NCBI GenBank assembly: GCA_964568585.1
Contig: CAZMQI010000003.1
Coordinates: 32,975-96,974 of the forward strand
Origin: an uncultured Rhodospirillales bacterium
GTDB taxonomy: Bacteria > Pseudomonadota > Alphaproteobacteria > UBA9219 > RGZA01
Direction of reading: 5' to 3'
Length of the DNA stretch: 64,000 bases
Below, one piece after another: positions 31,884-40,711 of the stretch (the first letter of the stretch is position 1; every line of letters begins with the position of its first letter). The notes beneath the pieces are model-generated. The model was not told where the DNA came from, searched no databases, and saw nothing but the letters and a program-made list of their open reading frames with translations. Made by a program: the position numbers and the translations under genes.

Positions 31884-32540
31884 ATGAATAAACAAGATGC
31901 CGTTCAAACCGTTTTAATCCGTAATAGTTTTTACCGCGACGGGTATCGTTCGCTGCTGAAAGTCGCGCTTGTGCAGGGCGGCGTCATCATCGCGCTGATT
32001 GCCGCGATTGTGTATCTCGTTTTAGCCAGCGATGTGAAGCATGTGTTTTTTGCGACCAACGTTGATGGCCGCATCATGCCGATTGAACCAATCGCCGAGC
32101 CATACTTCCAGGATGACCAGGTCATCACATGGGTTGCGAAAACCGCACGCGAAGTTATGCAGATGGATTATCTCAATTATCGTACCTCGTTGGATAAAGC
32201 GAACAGCAAGTTCACACAAGCAGGTCGTATCGACTTCCACGCTGCGCTTAAAGACAGCCGTTTGATTGAAGCGATTGAGAAGAACAAGCTGGTCGTTCAA
32301 TTGAAAGTTGAAGGTGCGCCGCAAATCTTGAAGAAGGCCATCACGAAGGAAGGCGCGTATGTGTGGTTCCTCTCCATGCCGATCAGCATCGTGTATGACG
32401 GACAAGATCCACCGCAACCATTCCACGGAAAACTACAAGTACGCGTTGACCGTATCGACTTCCTTGAAAACCCCGATGGTATCGCATTCGGCCAATGGGT
32501 AGTGGGCGAAGAAAATATCCTCAATCGTGTACAAAAGTAA
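31884..32540 (+). CDS. T4BSS inner-membrane component, DotI/IcmL (TraM)-like
   Basis: 218 aa with a single N-terminal TM helix and a periplasmic domain. It is first in a gene order matching icmL-K-E-G-C-D-J-B. Confidence 0.5.
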   Translation: MNKQDAVQTVLIRNSFYRDGYRSLLKVALVQGGVIIALIAAIVYLVLASDVKHVFFATNVDGRIMPIEPIAEPYFQDDQVITWVAKTAREVMQMDYLNYRTSLDKANSKFTQAGRIDFHAALKDSRLIEAIEKNKLVVQLKVEGAPQILKKAITKEGAYVWFLSMPISIVYDGQDPPQPFHGKLQVRVDRIDFLENPDGIAFGQWVVGEENILNRVQK

Positions 32541-32582
32541 TTCTGGCAAAAGTAATTTTGGCAAAAATAATCTGGATTAGTC

Positions 32583-33263
32583 ATGGCAACAAAACGGCCA
32601 ACTACCGCCATTAAACCCGAACAGGTTTATAAGGTTGTGTTTCATCCATCCGAACCAGCGCCGGTTGGTTCATCGGCGCAGTTCCGTTTCGCCAGAGGGC
32701 TGGTGACGATTTTATCATACATCATCGCGATGCTCGTCTTCTGCGTGTTCATGGTATTCTTCATGTTCGCGGATACATATTTCTATCACTTCAGCGTGCT
32801 TGATCGTGAACGCATTCCCGAGCGGCTAGTGACGATGCATCCACTAGATAATCCGAACTTGACGCGTACGGGCATCACCAACATGGCGATGAATATTGCG
32901 ACAGAAGTATTGACCTTTGGCTTCAATAACGCCGATGAACGCTTGCTGAAATCTCGCCGCCTGTTTACCGAAGCTGCGTGGCTGCGTTTTGCCAAGGCAT
33001 ATCTTAAGGAAGGCCGTCTTGATAAAATCAAGCTCAACCAGCAAGTGCTGACCAACATCGCAAGAGATAATGCGGTGATTGTGGAAGAGGGCAAGAATTC
33101 ATCTGGCGAACTGCAATGGGTCGTACAGGTTCCAACTATTACAACTTACCAAGCCGGTAAAAAAATCGTGCCGGTCCGAAGTGTCCTGCAGATCACGCTC
33201 ATCAAGGCATCGACCCTTGAGCATCCCGAAGGTGTTGCAATTGATGGTTGGGAACAACTGTAA
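32583..33263 (+). CDS. Paralogous DotI/IcmL-like (or DotJ/IcmM-like) membrane protein
   Basis: 226 aa with the same architecture as the upstream gene (TM helix plus a periplasmic domain of similar length). Confidence 0.45.
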   Translation: MATKRPTTAIKPEQVYKVVFHPSEPAPVGSSAQFRFARGLVTILSYIIAMLVFCVFMVFFMFADTYFYHFSVLDRERIPERLVTMHPLDNPNLTRTGITNMAMNIATEVLTFGFNNADERLLKSRRLFTEAAWLRFAKAYLKEGRLDKIKLNQQVLTNIARDNAVIVEEGKNSSGELQWVVQVPTITTYQAGKKIVPVRSVLQITLIKASTLEHPEGVAIDGWEQL

Positions 33264-33473
33264 GGTTCCGCATCGCGCCCAAATCACCTAGAAACTATCC
33301 GGCAAATCACCCCGCAAATCAGGGCCCAACTCGGGCATCTTTACTTCTCGTTAACTTCCCAGTCCCTACTCTAACCGTGTTTGATTCTTTCCTGCCATAG
33401 GGGCAAGAAAAATAGAATCTAACGCCGGTTGAAGCATTGACGGGAGTCTTGAAGAAGATTCTAGTGAAAACAG

Positions 33474-34799
33474 ATGACGATTCGTGACCTCAAATCATTG
33501 ATAGGTAGACCTTTACGGCATTTAGCCGTTTCGGGCGGCGTACTCCTTGTGACATTACTATGCACAGGGATTTCCACAGCTTATGCACAGACCATTTTGC
33601 CTGCCGCGCTGATGGCAACATCTTCCCCTGCGATATTGCCCCCTCCATCAACATCTCAGGCAACATCCCCGACATTATCAATGGAAGCAAATCTTGCGCC
33701 GCCTGCAATGGAAGCGCCTGCGCTCGCTCATCCTGCTTTAGCAATGCCGATTGCATCTGAATCAACCGCGCCACTTCCAACCTCTACGACGACAACCACC
33801 ACTACAACTACCGATGCACCTCCGCCACTTACCATTTCAACGGATACTACACCGCCACCTGCGCCACCAACTGAAGCGCTTGGAAGAACCGCAAGCGTGG
33901 ATCGTCCTGCATCCAGCGTGATGCCACTTGATCCACCGCCCTTGCCGCAAGAAAGCCGTTTGGACAATGCCATCCGTAATGAAGCTGAACGTTCATTCTA
34001 CGATGCCAAAAAACAAAAATATCAATCAACGTTTGAACGCGCTTACGAAGGACTTGTTCCGCTAGGCCCAAATGAAGTGCGCGATACGATGAGCCGTTAT
34101 GAACGCACGCAGCGCGCATCCGTTCCACCATCTACGGGACAGCCACGCGGCCAAGTCCGCATCAAAACATTATCGCTGGAACCTGGTTCTGAACCACCCA
34201 CCATCAATATTTCGTCGGGTTATGTAACGACGATTACGATTTTGGATGCAACGGGCGAGCCATGGCCCATTCTTGATTTAGGGATTGGCGGAAATTTTGA
34301 AGTGAGCAAAACAGGCGGCGGTAATCACGTTATCCGCGTGATGCCACTGACACGTTTTGGTTATGGTAATCTGTCGGTCTTGTTACAGGATTTATCAACG
34401 CCGATTATTTTCAAGCTGGCTTCCGGTGGCGCAACGGTGGATTACCGTTTTGACGCACGCGTTCCGCGTCTTGGCCCCAACGCCAAACTATCGCTGATTG
34501 ATAAGAAGAACAGATTACAAGCGGGCTCAGCCGACATCATGGGGTTCCTTGATAACGCACCGCCGCCCGAAGCAAAGCGCGTTCGCATCAATGGCGCAGA
34601 CTCTCGCACCATGGCATGGACGGTAGATCGCCGCATGTTCGTGCGTACACCGCTCACCATGTTATCGCCATCTTGGGATTCCAGTGTGTCATCCGCGGAT
34701 GGCACCACGGTATATGAATTAACTGAAACGCCCGTCCTTATTATGTCTGATAATGGTGTGCTGGTACGCGCAAGAGTGGCACCCAAGGAAGAAGAATAG
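33474..34799 (+). CDS. DotH/IcmK (TraN)-like outer-membrane-associated T4BSS core protein
   Basis: Signal peptide, then a Pro/Thr/Ala-rich linker (including a run of 10 Thr), then a C-terminal beta-rich domain of about 250 aa. It follows the icmL-like genes. Confidence 0.45.
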   Translation: MTIRDLKSLIGRPLRHLAVSGGVLLVTLLCTGISTAYAQTILPAALMATSSPAILPPPSTSQATSPTLSMEANLAPPAMEAPALAHPALAMPIASESTAPLPTSTTTTTTTTTDAPPPLTISTDTTPPPAPPTEALGRTASVDRPASSVMPLDPPPLPQESRLDNAIRNEAERSFYDAKKQKYQSTFERAYEGLVPLGPNEVRDTMSRYERTQRASVPPSTGQPRGQVRIKTLSLEPGSEPPTINISSGYVTTITILDATGEPWPILDLGIGGNFEVSKTGGGNHVIRVMPLTRFGYGNLSVLLQDLSTPIIFKLASGGATVDYRFDARVPRLGPNAKLSLIDKKNRLQAGSADIMGFLDNAPPPEAKRVRINGADSRTMAWTVDRRMFVRTPLTMLSPSWDSSVSSADGTTVYELTETPVLIMSDNGVLVRARVAPKEEE

Positions 34800-34801
34800 T
34801 C

Positions 34802-36178
34802 ATGACCAACAACAACGCAGATGATTTTGATCAGGATTTTTCGGACGCAACGGTACAACGTGCGCCTGCTGCAAAGCCAACTATGGCGAACAACATCGCC
34901 GCTGCGTGGCAAGGCAGCCCGTTGTTCAAAATGTTTGTGTTGGTGGTGATTGTTGGTGCACTCGCTGCTGCTGCCATCGCGATTTTCTCCGGCAATGAAA
35001 AGGATATTCCTGGTTCATCCGTGCGTTCCGCTCCCGGGTTGACCGAAGCACCAGGTGCCAAAGCGCCGCCAGCTTATGTGGATGCTGTGAACGACGCATC
35101 CGTCAAACGTGCGGAAGAAGCATTGCAACAAGGCAAGAGCGCCATTCCAACGCCTGTGTCGGGCGATGAAACAAAAGCGGGTCTTGGCGATCAAGGTGAT
35201 GAATCGCAATATGATCCTTTGGCAGAATTCCGTCCCAATACTCCGCAAGATGCAGCGCCATCCGAGCAGCAAGACCAAACACCTGTTGAAACCATCGACA
35301 GCGAATTGCTGAGCAAGATGCAATCGCAAATGACCAATTTGTTTGATAGCTGGCGTCCGGCTGGAATTAAAACCATACAGATTCAAGAAATGTCAGCGCG
35401 GCAAGCGACACCGGTTTCAACCACCACCCAGCAGAATGCAAAAACCCTTGTTGCATCGGGTAGCATTTATTACGGCGAAATGTTGATGGAAGCGAATTCC
35501 GATGCGCCTGGCCCGATTGTCGCACAGATTCTATCAGGTCCGTTTGCGGGTGGCCGCGCGATTGGCGCGTTTGAGGTTACACGCGAATACCTGATCATCC
35601 GTTTCACAAAGATCAGCTACAAGAAAAAAGACTATGCAGCTGATATTCTTGCGGTTGACCCGAATACAACCTTGGGCGCACTGGTAACCGAAAAAGATAA
35701 CCGATATTTTACGCGCGTTCTTTTGCCGGCAGCTGCGGCATTCCTTGAAGGGTTCGGTCAGGCATTAGGCACACCATCCAATAGTATTATCAGCAATGAT
35801 GGTCAGACAGTCGTATTGCAGCAATCCAAACAGGGTGTTGAAGACGGGCTCTATCGTGGTCTTGCGGAAGGTGCAACGACCGTTGGTGGTTTCTTCAGGG
35901 ATGAAGCAGCCGCAACCAAACCGCTTATTCGCGTTGCTGTCGGAACGCCGATGGGACTATTTTTTGTGAATGCAGTAACCGACGGGAACCAGAACGGTCG
36001 TAGTGCGAATGTGATTGAAACCCCAATTCAGACACAAGTGCAGCAACCGCCGCCGACTTTTTCCTCATCGGGCGCCTTAATTAATGACAATACCATCCCA
36101 AATACAGGATTAACCACGGTTCCCGCTTCATCTCTTGCGAACAGTGGTGTCAACATTATACAATCCGGTACCAAATAA
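34802..36178 (+). CDS. DotG/IcmE (TraO)-like T4BSS core protein with a VirB10/TrbI-like C-terminal domain
   Basis: 458 aa. N-terminal TM helix, Pro-rich periplasmic linker, and a C-terminal VirB10-type region (FTKISYKKKDY...). Short compared with Legionella DotG and lacks repeats. Confidence 0.55.
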   Translation: MTNNNADDFDQDFSDATVQRAPAAKPTMANNIAAAWQGSPLFKMFVLVVIVGALAAAAIAIFSGNEKDIPGSSVRSAPGLTEAPGAKAPPAYVDAVNDASVKRAEEALQQGKSAIPTPVSGDETKAGLGDQGDESQYDPLAEFRPNTPQDAAPSEQQDQTPVETIDSELLSKMQSQMTNLFDSWRPAGIKTIQIQEMSARQATPVSTTTQQNAKTLVASGSIYYGEMLMEANSDAPGPIVAQILSGPFAGGRAIGAFEVTREYLIIRFTKISYKKKDYAADILAVDPNTTLGALVTEKDNRYFTRVLLPAAAAFLEGFGQALGTPSNSIISNDGQTVVLQQSKQGVEDGLYRGLAEGATTVGGFFRDEAAATKPLIRVAVGTPMGLFFVNAVTDGNQNGRSANVIETPIQTQVQQPPPTFSSSGALINDNTIPNTGLTTVPASSLANSGVNIIQSGTK

Positions 36179-36228
36179 TCCGGTTACCCCCATATAGCCA
36201 AGACATATAAGTTTTAAGAGGCACATCA

Positions 36229-37587
36229 ATGGATAAAGACGACCCGTTCAATCGTCCTGCAAACCCACAGGGGGGCGGAGAAAATGATTTTGAAGATGAT
36301 GCGCGCTATGATGACGCGATAACACCTTCCGTGCGCGAAGAAGAATACGCAGCAGGTCAGGAAGAATGGGATCAGCCAATCGACGAGCTTGCTGAAGATG
36401 ACCAGCACATGGAAGCTCAGCCACAACCACGTAAAGACCCATTCGCCGCAGATGATGAAGGCCCGCTGGAAGATGATTTTTCTGAGCATTCGCACGAAGC
36501 TCATGAGCATGATGGCGAACATGATGCAGAACATCATGACGGCGATGAAGGTCTTGAGCATGACCCAGAGGTAGATGGTTCCGAAATGCAAGCACCGCCA
36601 CGCGCTGCGGGCGGGATGAAATTGCCATCCAATATTATGAAATACGTTCCCTATGTCGGCGGTGGTATCGCCGCATTGGTGATTGCATTCTTTGGCTATC
36701 AAATGTTTGCAGGTGGTTCGTCGTCTGAACCAACACAGCCTTCGCTAGAAAACCAGAATACATGGGATTTGCAGCCTGCACCAACACAAGCGCAACCTGA
36801 ATTAACCGCGAATAATACACAGCCAGCCCCAGCATCATCAGGCAGTAATGTCATAACGCCTGTTACCACCCCCATGGAACAGCAACCCCAACAGGCGCCA
36901 TTACCAGTTGCAACCGCACCTAATCCGCTTGAAAGCCGTGTTGCAGAATTAACCGCGCAGCTTGATCAGATGAGACAAACCCAAGATGATTTGACGCAAA
37001 AATTGCAAGCAGCACAGCAAGCCGCGCAGCAGGCAGCACAACAGCCGCCATCCATGGATGAAAATTCCAAAGCTGCGACTGCTGCGTTGAATGCACGCAT
37101 TGCCGAGCTGGAACAAAAACTAGCAACCGCTTCAACTGGTGCACAAACGACAACCTCAACCACCACCACGTCGTCTGGTGTGGATGCGCCGTTGAGTAAA
37201 GCTGCAGCGCGTAAAGCGGCACGTGATGCGGCAAGAGCAGCACGTCAGGCAGCAGCAGATGCCGCGCCTGCTGAAACCACAACCCGCAAAAGCAAACAAG
37301 CTAGCACCGATTTTATGGCAGCCAAGAAAAGCAAAGCTGCCAAGAAACGCAAAGCTGCTGAAGCCAACGAAGATACAGGCTTTGAGCCAGTCGCACGTTC
37401 ATCCTTCCAAGGTTGGATTTTGCGTTCGGCACAACCTGGTTCGGCATGGTTATCCCAAGGACCTTATAGCAGCGATCTTCGCCGCGTAGTTCCGGGCGAT
37501 AAAGTGCAGGGACTTGGCACCGTGACCTCCATCCACCAAATCGCGGGGCGATGGGTTGTTGAAGGTACGCAAGGCGCGGTTCGCTAG
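36229..37587 (+). CDS. DotF/IcmG (TraP)-like bitopic membrane protein
   Basis: Acidic, His-rich cytoplasmic N-terminus (HEAHEHDGEHDAEHHDGDEGLEHD), one TM helix, a Gln/Ala-rich coiled coil and a C-terminal globular domain. The position matches icmG. Confidence 0.4.
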   Translation: MDKDDPFNRPANPQGGGENDFEDDARYDDAITPSVREEEYAAGQEEWDQPIDELAEDDQHMEAQPQPRKDPFAADDEGPLEDDFSEHSHEAHEHDGEHDAEHHDGDEGLEHDPEVDGSEMQAPPRAAGGMKLPSNIMKYVPYVGGGIAALVIAFFGYQMFAGGSSSEPTQPSLENQNTWDLQPAPTQAQPELTANNTQPAPASSGSNVITPVTTPMEQQPQQAPLPVATAPNPLESRVAELTAQLDQMRQTQDDLTQKLQAAQQAAQQAAQQPPSMDENSKAATAALNARIAELEQKLATASTGAQTTTSTTTTSSGVDAPLSKAAARKAARDAARAARQAAADAAPAETTTRKSKQASTDFMAAKKSKAAKKRKAAEANEDTGFEPVARSSFQGWILRSAQPGSAWLSQGPYSSDLRRVVPGDKVQGLGTVTSIHQIAGRWVVEGTQGAVR

Positions 37588-37800
37588 ACCGTTTTCGTCA
37601 TTCCTCAGAATAATAGTAAGATATGGTTAATGATTTTTAACCAATGGGAATTTCTTCCTTTGAAATCAAAGAAAGAAAGTAATTTTTTATATACTTTTAA
37701 TGAATCCTTGGAATACTCGGATGATGGGGAAAAGCCTTTTACTGTCATCCAATCATATGGGATGTAATCCATGGGGTTGGGTTGTTTTAGGATATTGCGA

Positions 37801-38790
37801 ATGAAGCATGCCAAGAAACAAAACCGCCTGTTCAGTTTCATTTCTGGAGTTGATGTGACGCGCTTACTTTTGGCTGCGCTCATTGTAATTTTATATCCGA
37901 CATCGGGGTTTGCACAAACAATAGATCCGAATAATGGAACAACGGTTGGAAGCATGTTCTGCAATGTCTTGCAGAACTCCGGTTCGTTCCCGCCACTTTT
38001 TTCAGGCATAGCTTACATCACCGGCGCATGGATTGTGGTGCGCGGTCTATTCGATATGATGAAGCGCAGTTCCGATCCGACCAATAAGCCATTTAAAGAT
38101 GGTATTCTTGGCGTGATGATGGGCGGTATGGTGGCATCACTTCCAAACCTCATCAACTGGCTGCATAAATCACTTCTACGTGACACTGTAAAAGGTGACG
38201 GCATCCGTTGCTCGGCCGCAGAATCGGTAGCCACCGATAGTGCTGTTCCGCTTGACGTGATGCTCAGCAATTTCGTTGGCAATATCACCCCTGGCATCCT
38301 TGCGCTGATTAGCGGCATGGCGGTAATCTTTGGTATTGTGATGATTTTCTATAACATGGTGAAGCTGTCGAAATTCGGTTCTGACGCTAAAACCAGCACA
38401 CTGACACCCATCATCGGCAGCTTGATTATCGGTGCGCTTTTGGTCGCGGTTGGTCAAACCATGGATGTGAGCTTAAGCACCATCTTTGGTAACAACACGT
38501 CGATGACGACGCTGACAAAATATTCAGGCGTGGCCTATGTGCCTGGCGGCAGTTTTGATATGACGCGTTTCAATAATGCGATGTCGGCAGTGTTCACATT
38601 CCTTCGAATCGTCGGCAGTTTGAGTTTTGTGCGTGGATTCTTCGTGATGAAGAATGCATTGGAAGGACAAGGGCAGGCGACCAAGGGTCAGGCCTATACC
38701 CATATCATCGGTGGCGCGCTGTTGGTGAACATGCCAGCTTTTATCCAATACATCGAACAGTCAGTCGGGTTCAAAGTTTTGGCTGGCTAA
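37801..38790 (+). CDS. Polytopic membrane protein with signal peptide, at the DotE/IcmC (TraQ) position
   Basis: About 330 aa with at least 5 hydrophobic helices. Start chosen at the Met at 37801, which gives a signal-like N-terminus. Confidence 0.4.
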   Translation: MKHAKKQNRLFSFISGVDVTRLLLAALIVILYPTSGFAQTIDPNNGTTVGSMFCNVLQNSGSFPPLFSGIAYITGAWIVVRGLFDMMKRSSDPTNKPFKDGILGVMMGGMVASLPNLINWLHKSLLRDTVKGDGIRCSAAESVATDSAVPLDVMLSNFVGNITPGILALISGMAVIFGIVMIFYNMVKLSKFGSDAKTSTLTPIIGSLIIGALLVAVGQTMDVSLSTIFGNNTSMTTLTKYSGVAYVPGGSFDMTRFNNAMSAVFTFLRIVGSLSFVRGFFVMKNALEGQGQATKGQAYTHIIGGALLVNMPAFIQYIEQSVGFKVLAG

Positions 38791-38959
38791 AAAAAACCAA
38801 ATTTTTGAAATAGGATGGTTAATAAAGGGTAAATAGGTAAACCTTTATACAATTTTTAATAATTGCTTTGTTATTATTACTTACATCCAAAGGCCATAAT
38901 TTTTGTTACACTGAGTTGTTCATCAGTAAATGATGTAAGTTTTTGAAGGAAACTTAGGA

Positions 38960-39364
38960 ATGAAGTTTGGTAGCGTAATGAATACAGCAGTTAAGAGCGC
39001 GATGATCGCGGGTATTCTTGCAGCAGCATGGCCTGAAATGGCACATGCACAGAATTTTCAGGCTACATCTGCCGCGTTGGTAGACGCGCTAAAAGATATG
39101 CCAGTTATTATTTCGGGCGTCTCTTATATGTTTGGTGGGTTGCTGGTTTTGGGCGGCGCAAACAAATTGAAGATGCATGCGGAAAATCCGCAGCAGACTC
39201 CGATGTCTCACGGCCTTGTTCGTATTGGCGTGGGCGGGATGATTGCAGGCTTGCCACCGTTTATGGGTTGGGTGAACAACTCGTTGTCGATTGGCGGCGG
39301 CACGATGAAGTTCAAGAAGCTTGATAGAATTTCTGACCTAATTACTTTCAGTGGTGTGTGTTAG
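38960..39364 (+). CDS. Small membrane protein, DotP/IcmD (TraR)- or VirB2-pilin-like
   Basis: 134 aa with a signal peptide and two hydrophobic segments. Shares the motif HAENPQQ(T/N)P...G...R with the next gene. Confidence 0.4.
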   Translation: MKFGSVMNTAVKSAMIAGILAAAWPEMAHAQNFQATSAALVDALKDMPVIISGVSYMFGGLLVLGGANKLKMHAENPQQTPMSHGLVRIGVGGMIAGLPPFMGWVNNSLSIGGGTMKFKKLDRISDLITFSGVC

Positions 39365-39403
39365 AATTAACTTAGAAGTTTAACAGCGAAGGAGAGGGAA
39401 AAT

Positions 39404-39826
39404 ATGAAACGTGAATTGTTTGAAAATGTACTTAAGACCGGTCTCGTTGCAGCAGTGATTGCAATTGCTTGCCCTGATTTAGCATCCGCACAAGCACTTC
39501 AAAACTCTGTAACCGAAGTGAAAGCCGGTATTGCGAATATGCCGATGCTTGTATCAGGCTTTGCATATATCGCAGGCGGTGCAGCGATGTTAAGCGGCGC
39601 CGGTATGCTCAAGAAACATGCTGATAATCCTCAACAAAACCCACTTGCACCAGGCGTGACCCGCATGGCATTGGGCGGCGTGGTAGCAGCGATGCCATCA
39701 TTCCTCAGCTACGTAAACGGTACGCTGAAAAGCAATACCGAAGGGCCATTGCAGTACAAAGGACTTCAAACCGTTGGTGAATTGAAGTTGAATTTGATGC
39801 ATCAAATTACCAGTCTCTTCTCATAA
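39404..39826 (+). CDS. Tandem paralog of the previous small membrane protein
   Basis: 140 aa. Motifs KKHADNPQQNPLAPGVTRMALGGVVAAMPSF here versus KMHAENPQQTPMSHGLVRIGVGGMIAGLPPF upstream. Confidence 0.4.
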   Translation: MKRELFENVLKTGLVAAVIAIACPDLASAQALQNSVTEVKAGIANMPMLVSGFAYIAGGAAMLSGAGMLKKHADNPQQNPLAPGVTRMALGGVVAAMPSFLSYVNGTLKSNTEGPLQYKGLQTVGELKLNLMHQITSLFS

Positions 39827-39844
39827 GATTGGTTTGATGAATTA

Positions 39845-40576
39845 ATGTCCCTCCTCCCGATTACGCTGGGCGTCAAGCGCAACCTTGATGCCCAGCAATC
39901 CGGAGCAGCCGGTAAACCAAAACGTCGCAAACCACTTTCGAAGTCTGAGCTTTCTAAACTCGTCCAACACACCTTCGAAAAAGATTCCTTCACCTGCTGC
40001 TACTGCGGATTCAAAGCTAAACAATTTCAAAAGGCGATACCCAAAGATTGGGCGGTAACTGACCCGCGCGATTCTGAAATGGTCACCGCATGCATTTTCT
40101 GCGAGCAATGCTTTGCGCTAGAAACTGTGGGTCCTATGGCGTCCGGCACGCTCATCTGGCTTCCCGAAATCAGCCAGGCTGCGCTGCATCACATCATGCG
40201 CGCCGTCTATGCCTCACGCGCACAAATGGATATTGCGCCAGATAACATCAAAAATTGTGCCGACCGGACATTCGAAGTCCTGTTTAACCGCAGAGGTGAA
40301 GCCAAACGCCGTATCGGTACCGATGACCCGATGGTTTTGGCTGCTGCCTTACTTGAAAATGTGACCGAAGAAACGTTTCGAGGCCGCGAAGATAAATTCA
40401 GTGGGATTCGCCTAATGCCGCTGGATAAACGCATGATCCCAAGTGCTTCCGGCAAAGATAACGATCAATTCCCGCGGATTATCGAATATTGGGTCTCTGA
40501 TGAAGGGCCTTTAGGCAAGATGCCCCCAGCCACTTGGGAAGCCATGCAACTCGGCATTACCAAAGTTGCCAGCTAA
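39845..40576 (+). CDS. DotN/IcmJ (TraT)-like cysteine-rich Zn-binding T4BSS protein
   Basis: Motifs CCYCGFK and CIFCEQC. Located immediately upstream of the DotO/IcmB ATPase, as in Legionella. Confidence 0.6.
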   Translation: MSLLPITLGVKRNLDAQQSGAAGKPKRRKPLSKSELSKLVQHTFEKDSFTCCYCGFKAKQFQKAIPKDWAVTDPRDSEMVTACIFCEQCFALETVGPMASGTLIWLPEISQAALHHIMRAVYASRAQMDIAPDNIKNCADRTFEVLFNRRGEAKRRIGTDDPMVLAAALLENVTEETFRGREDKFSGIRLMPLDKRMIPSASGKDNDQFPRIIEYWVSDEGPLGKMPPATWEAMQLGITKVAS

Positions 40577-40711
40577 GTGATTTTAGCGATTTGTTCATTT
40601 TCAGTTAAGGCTTTGTCTTTACTCTAGATTCTGGCCCTAACCGTTCTATCTCAAGAAGGGCTGGGCAGGGGGCTAATCACATCCTTCTGTTCATTACACC
40701 CCTAATTTAAA

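Noticed and set aside
33774-33810. ACN-codon run encoding 10 Thr in the DotH-like gene
   Set aside because: This is a low-complexity linker typical of periplasmic spacers. It is in frame and the codons are not pure repeats, so slippage potential is low.
37605-38009. 134-aa minus-strand ORF overlapping the 5' end of the polytopic membrane gene
   Set aside because: It is antisense to a gene in an otherwise strictly co-directional operon and overlaps a clear signal-peptide start on the + strand.
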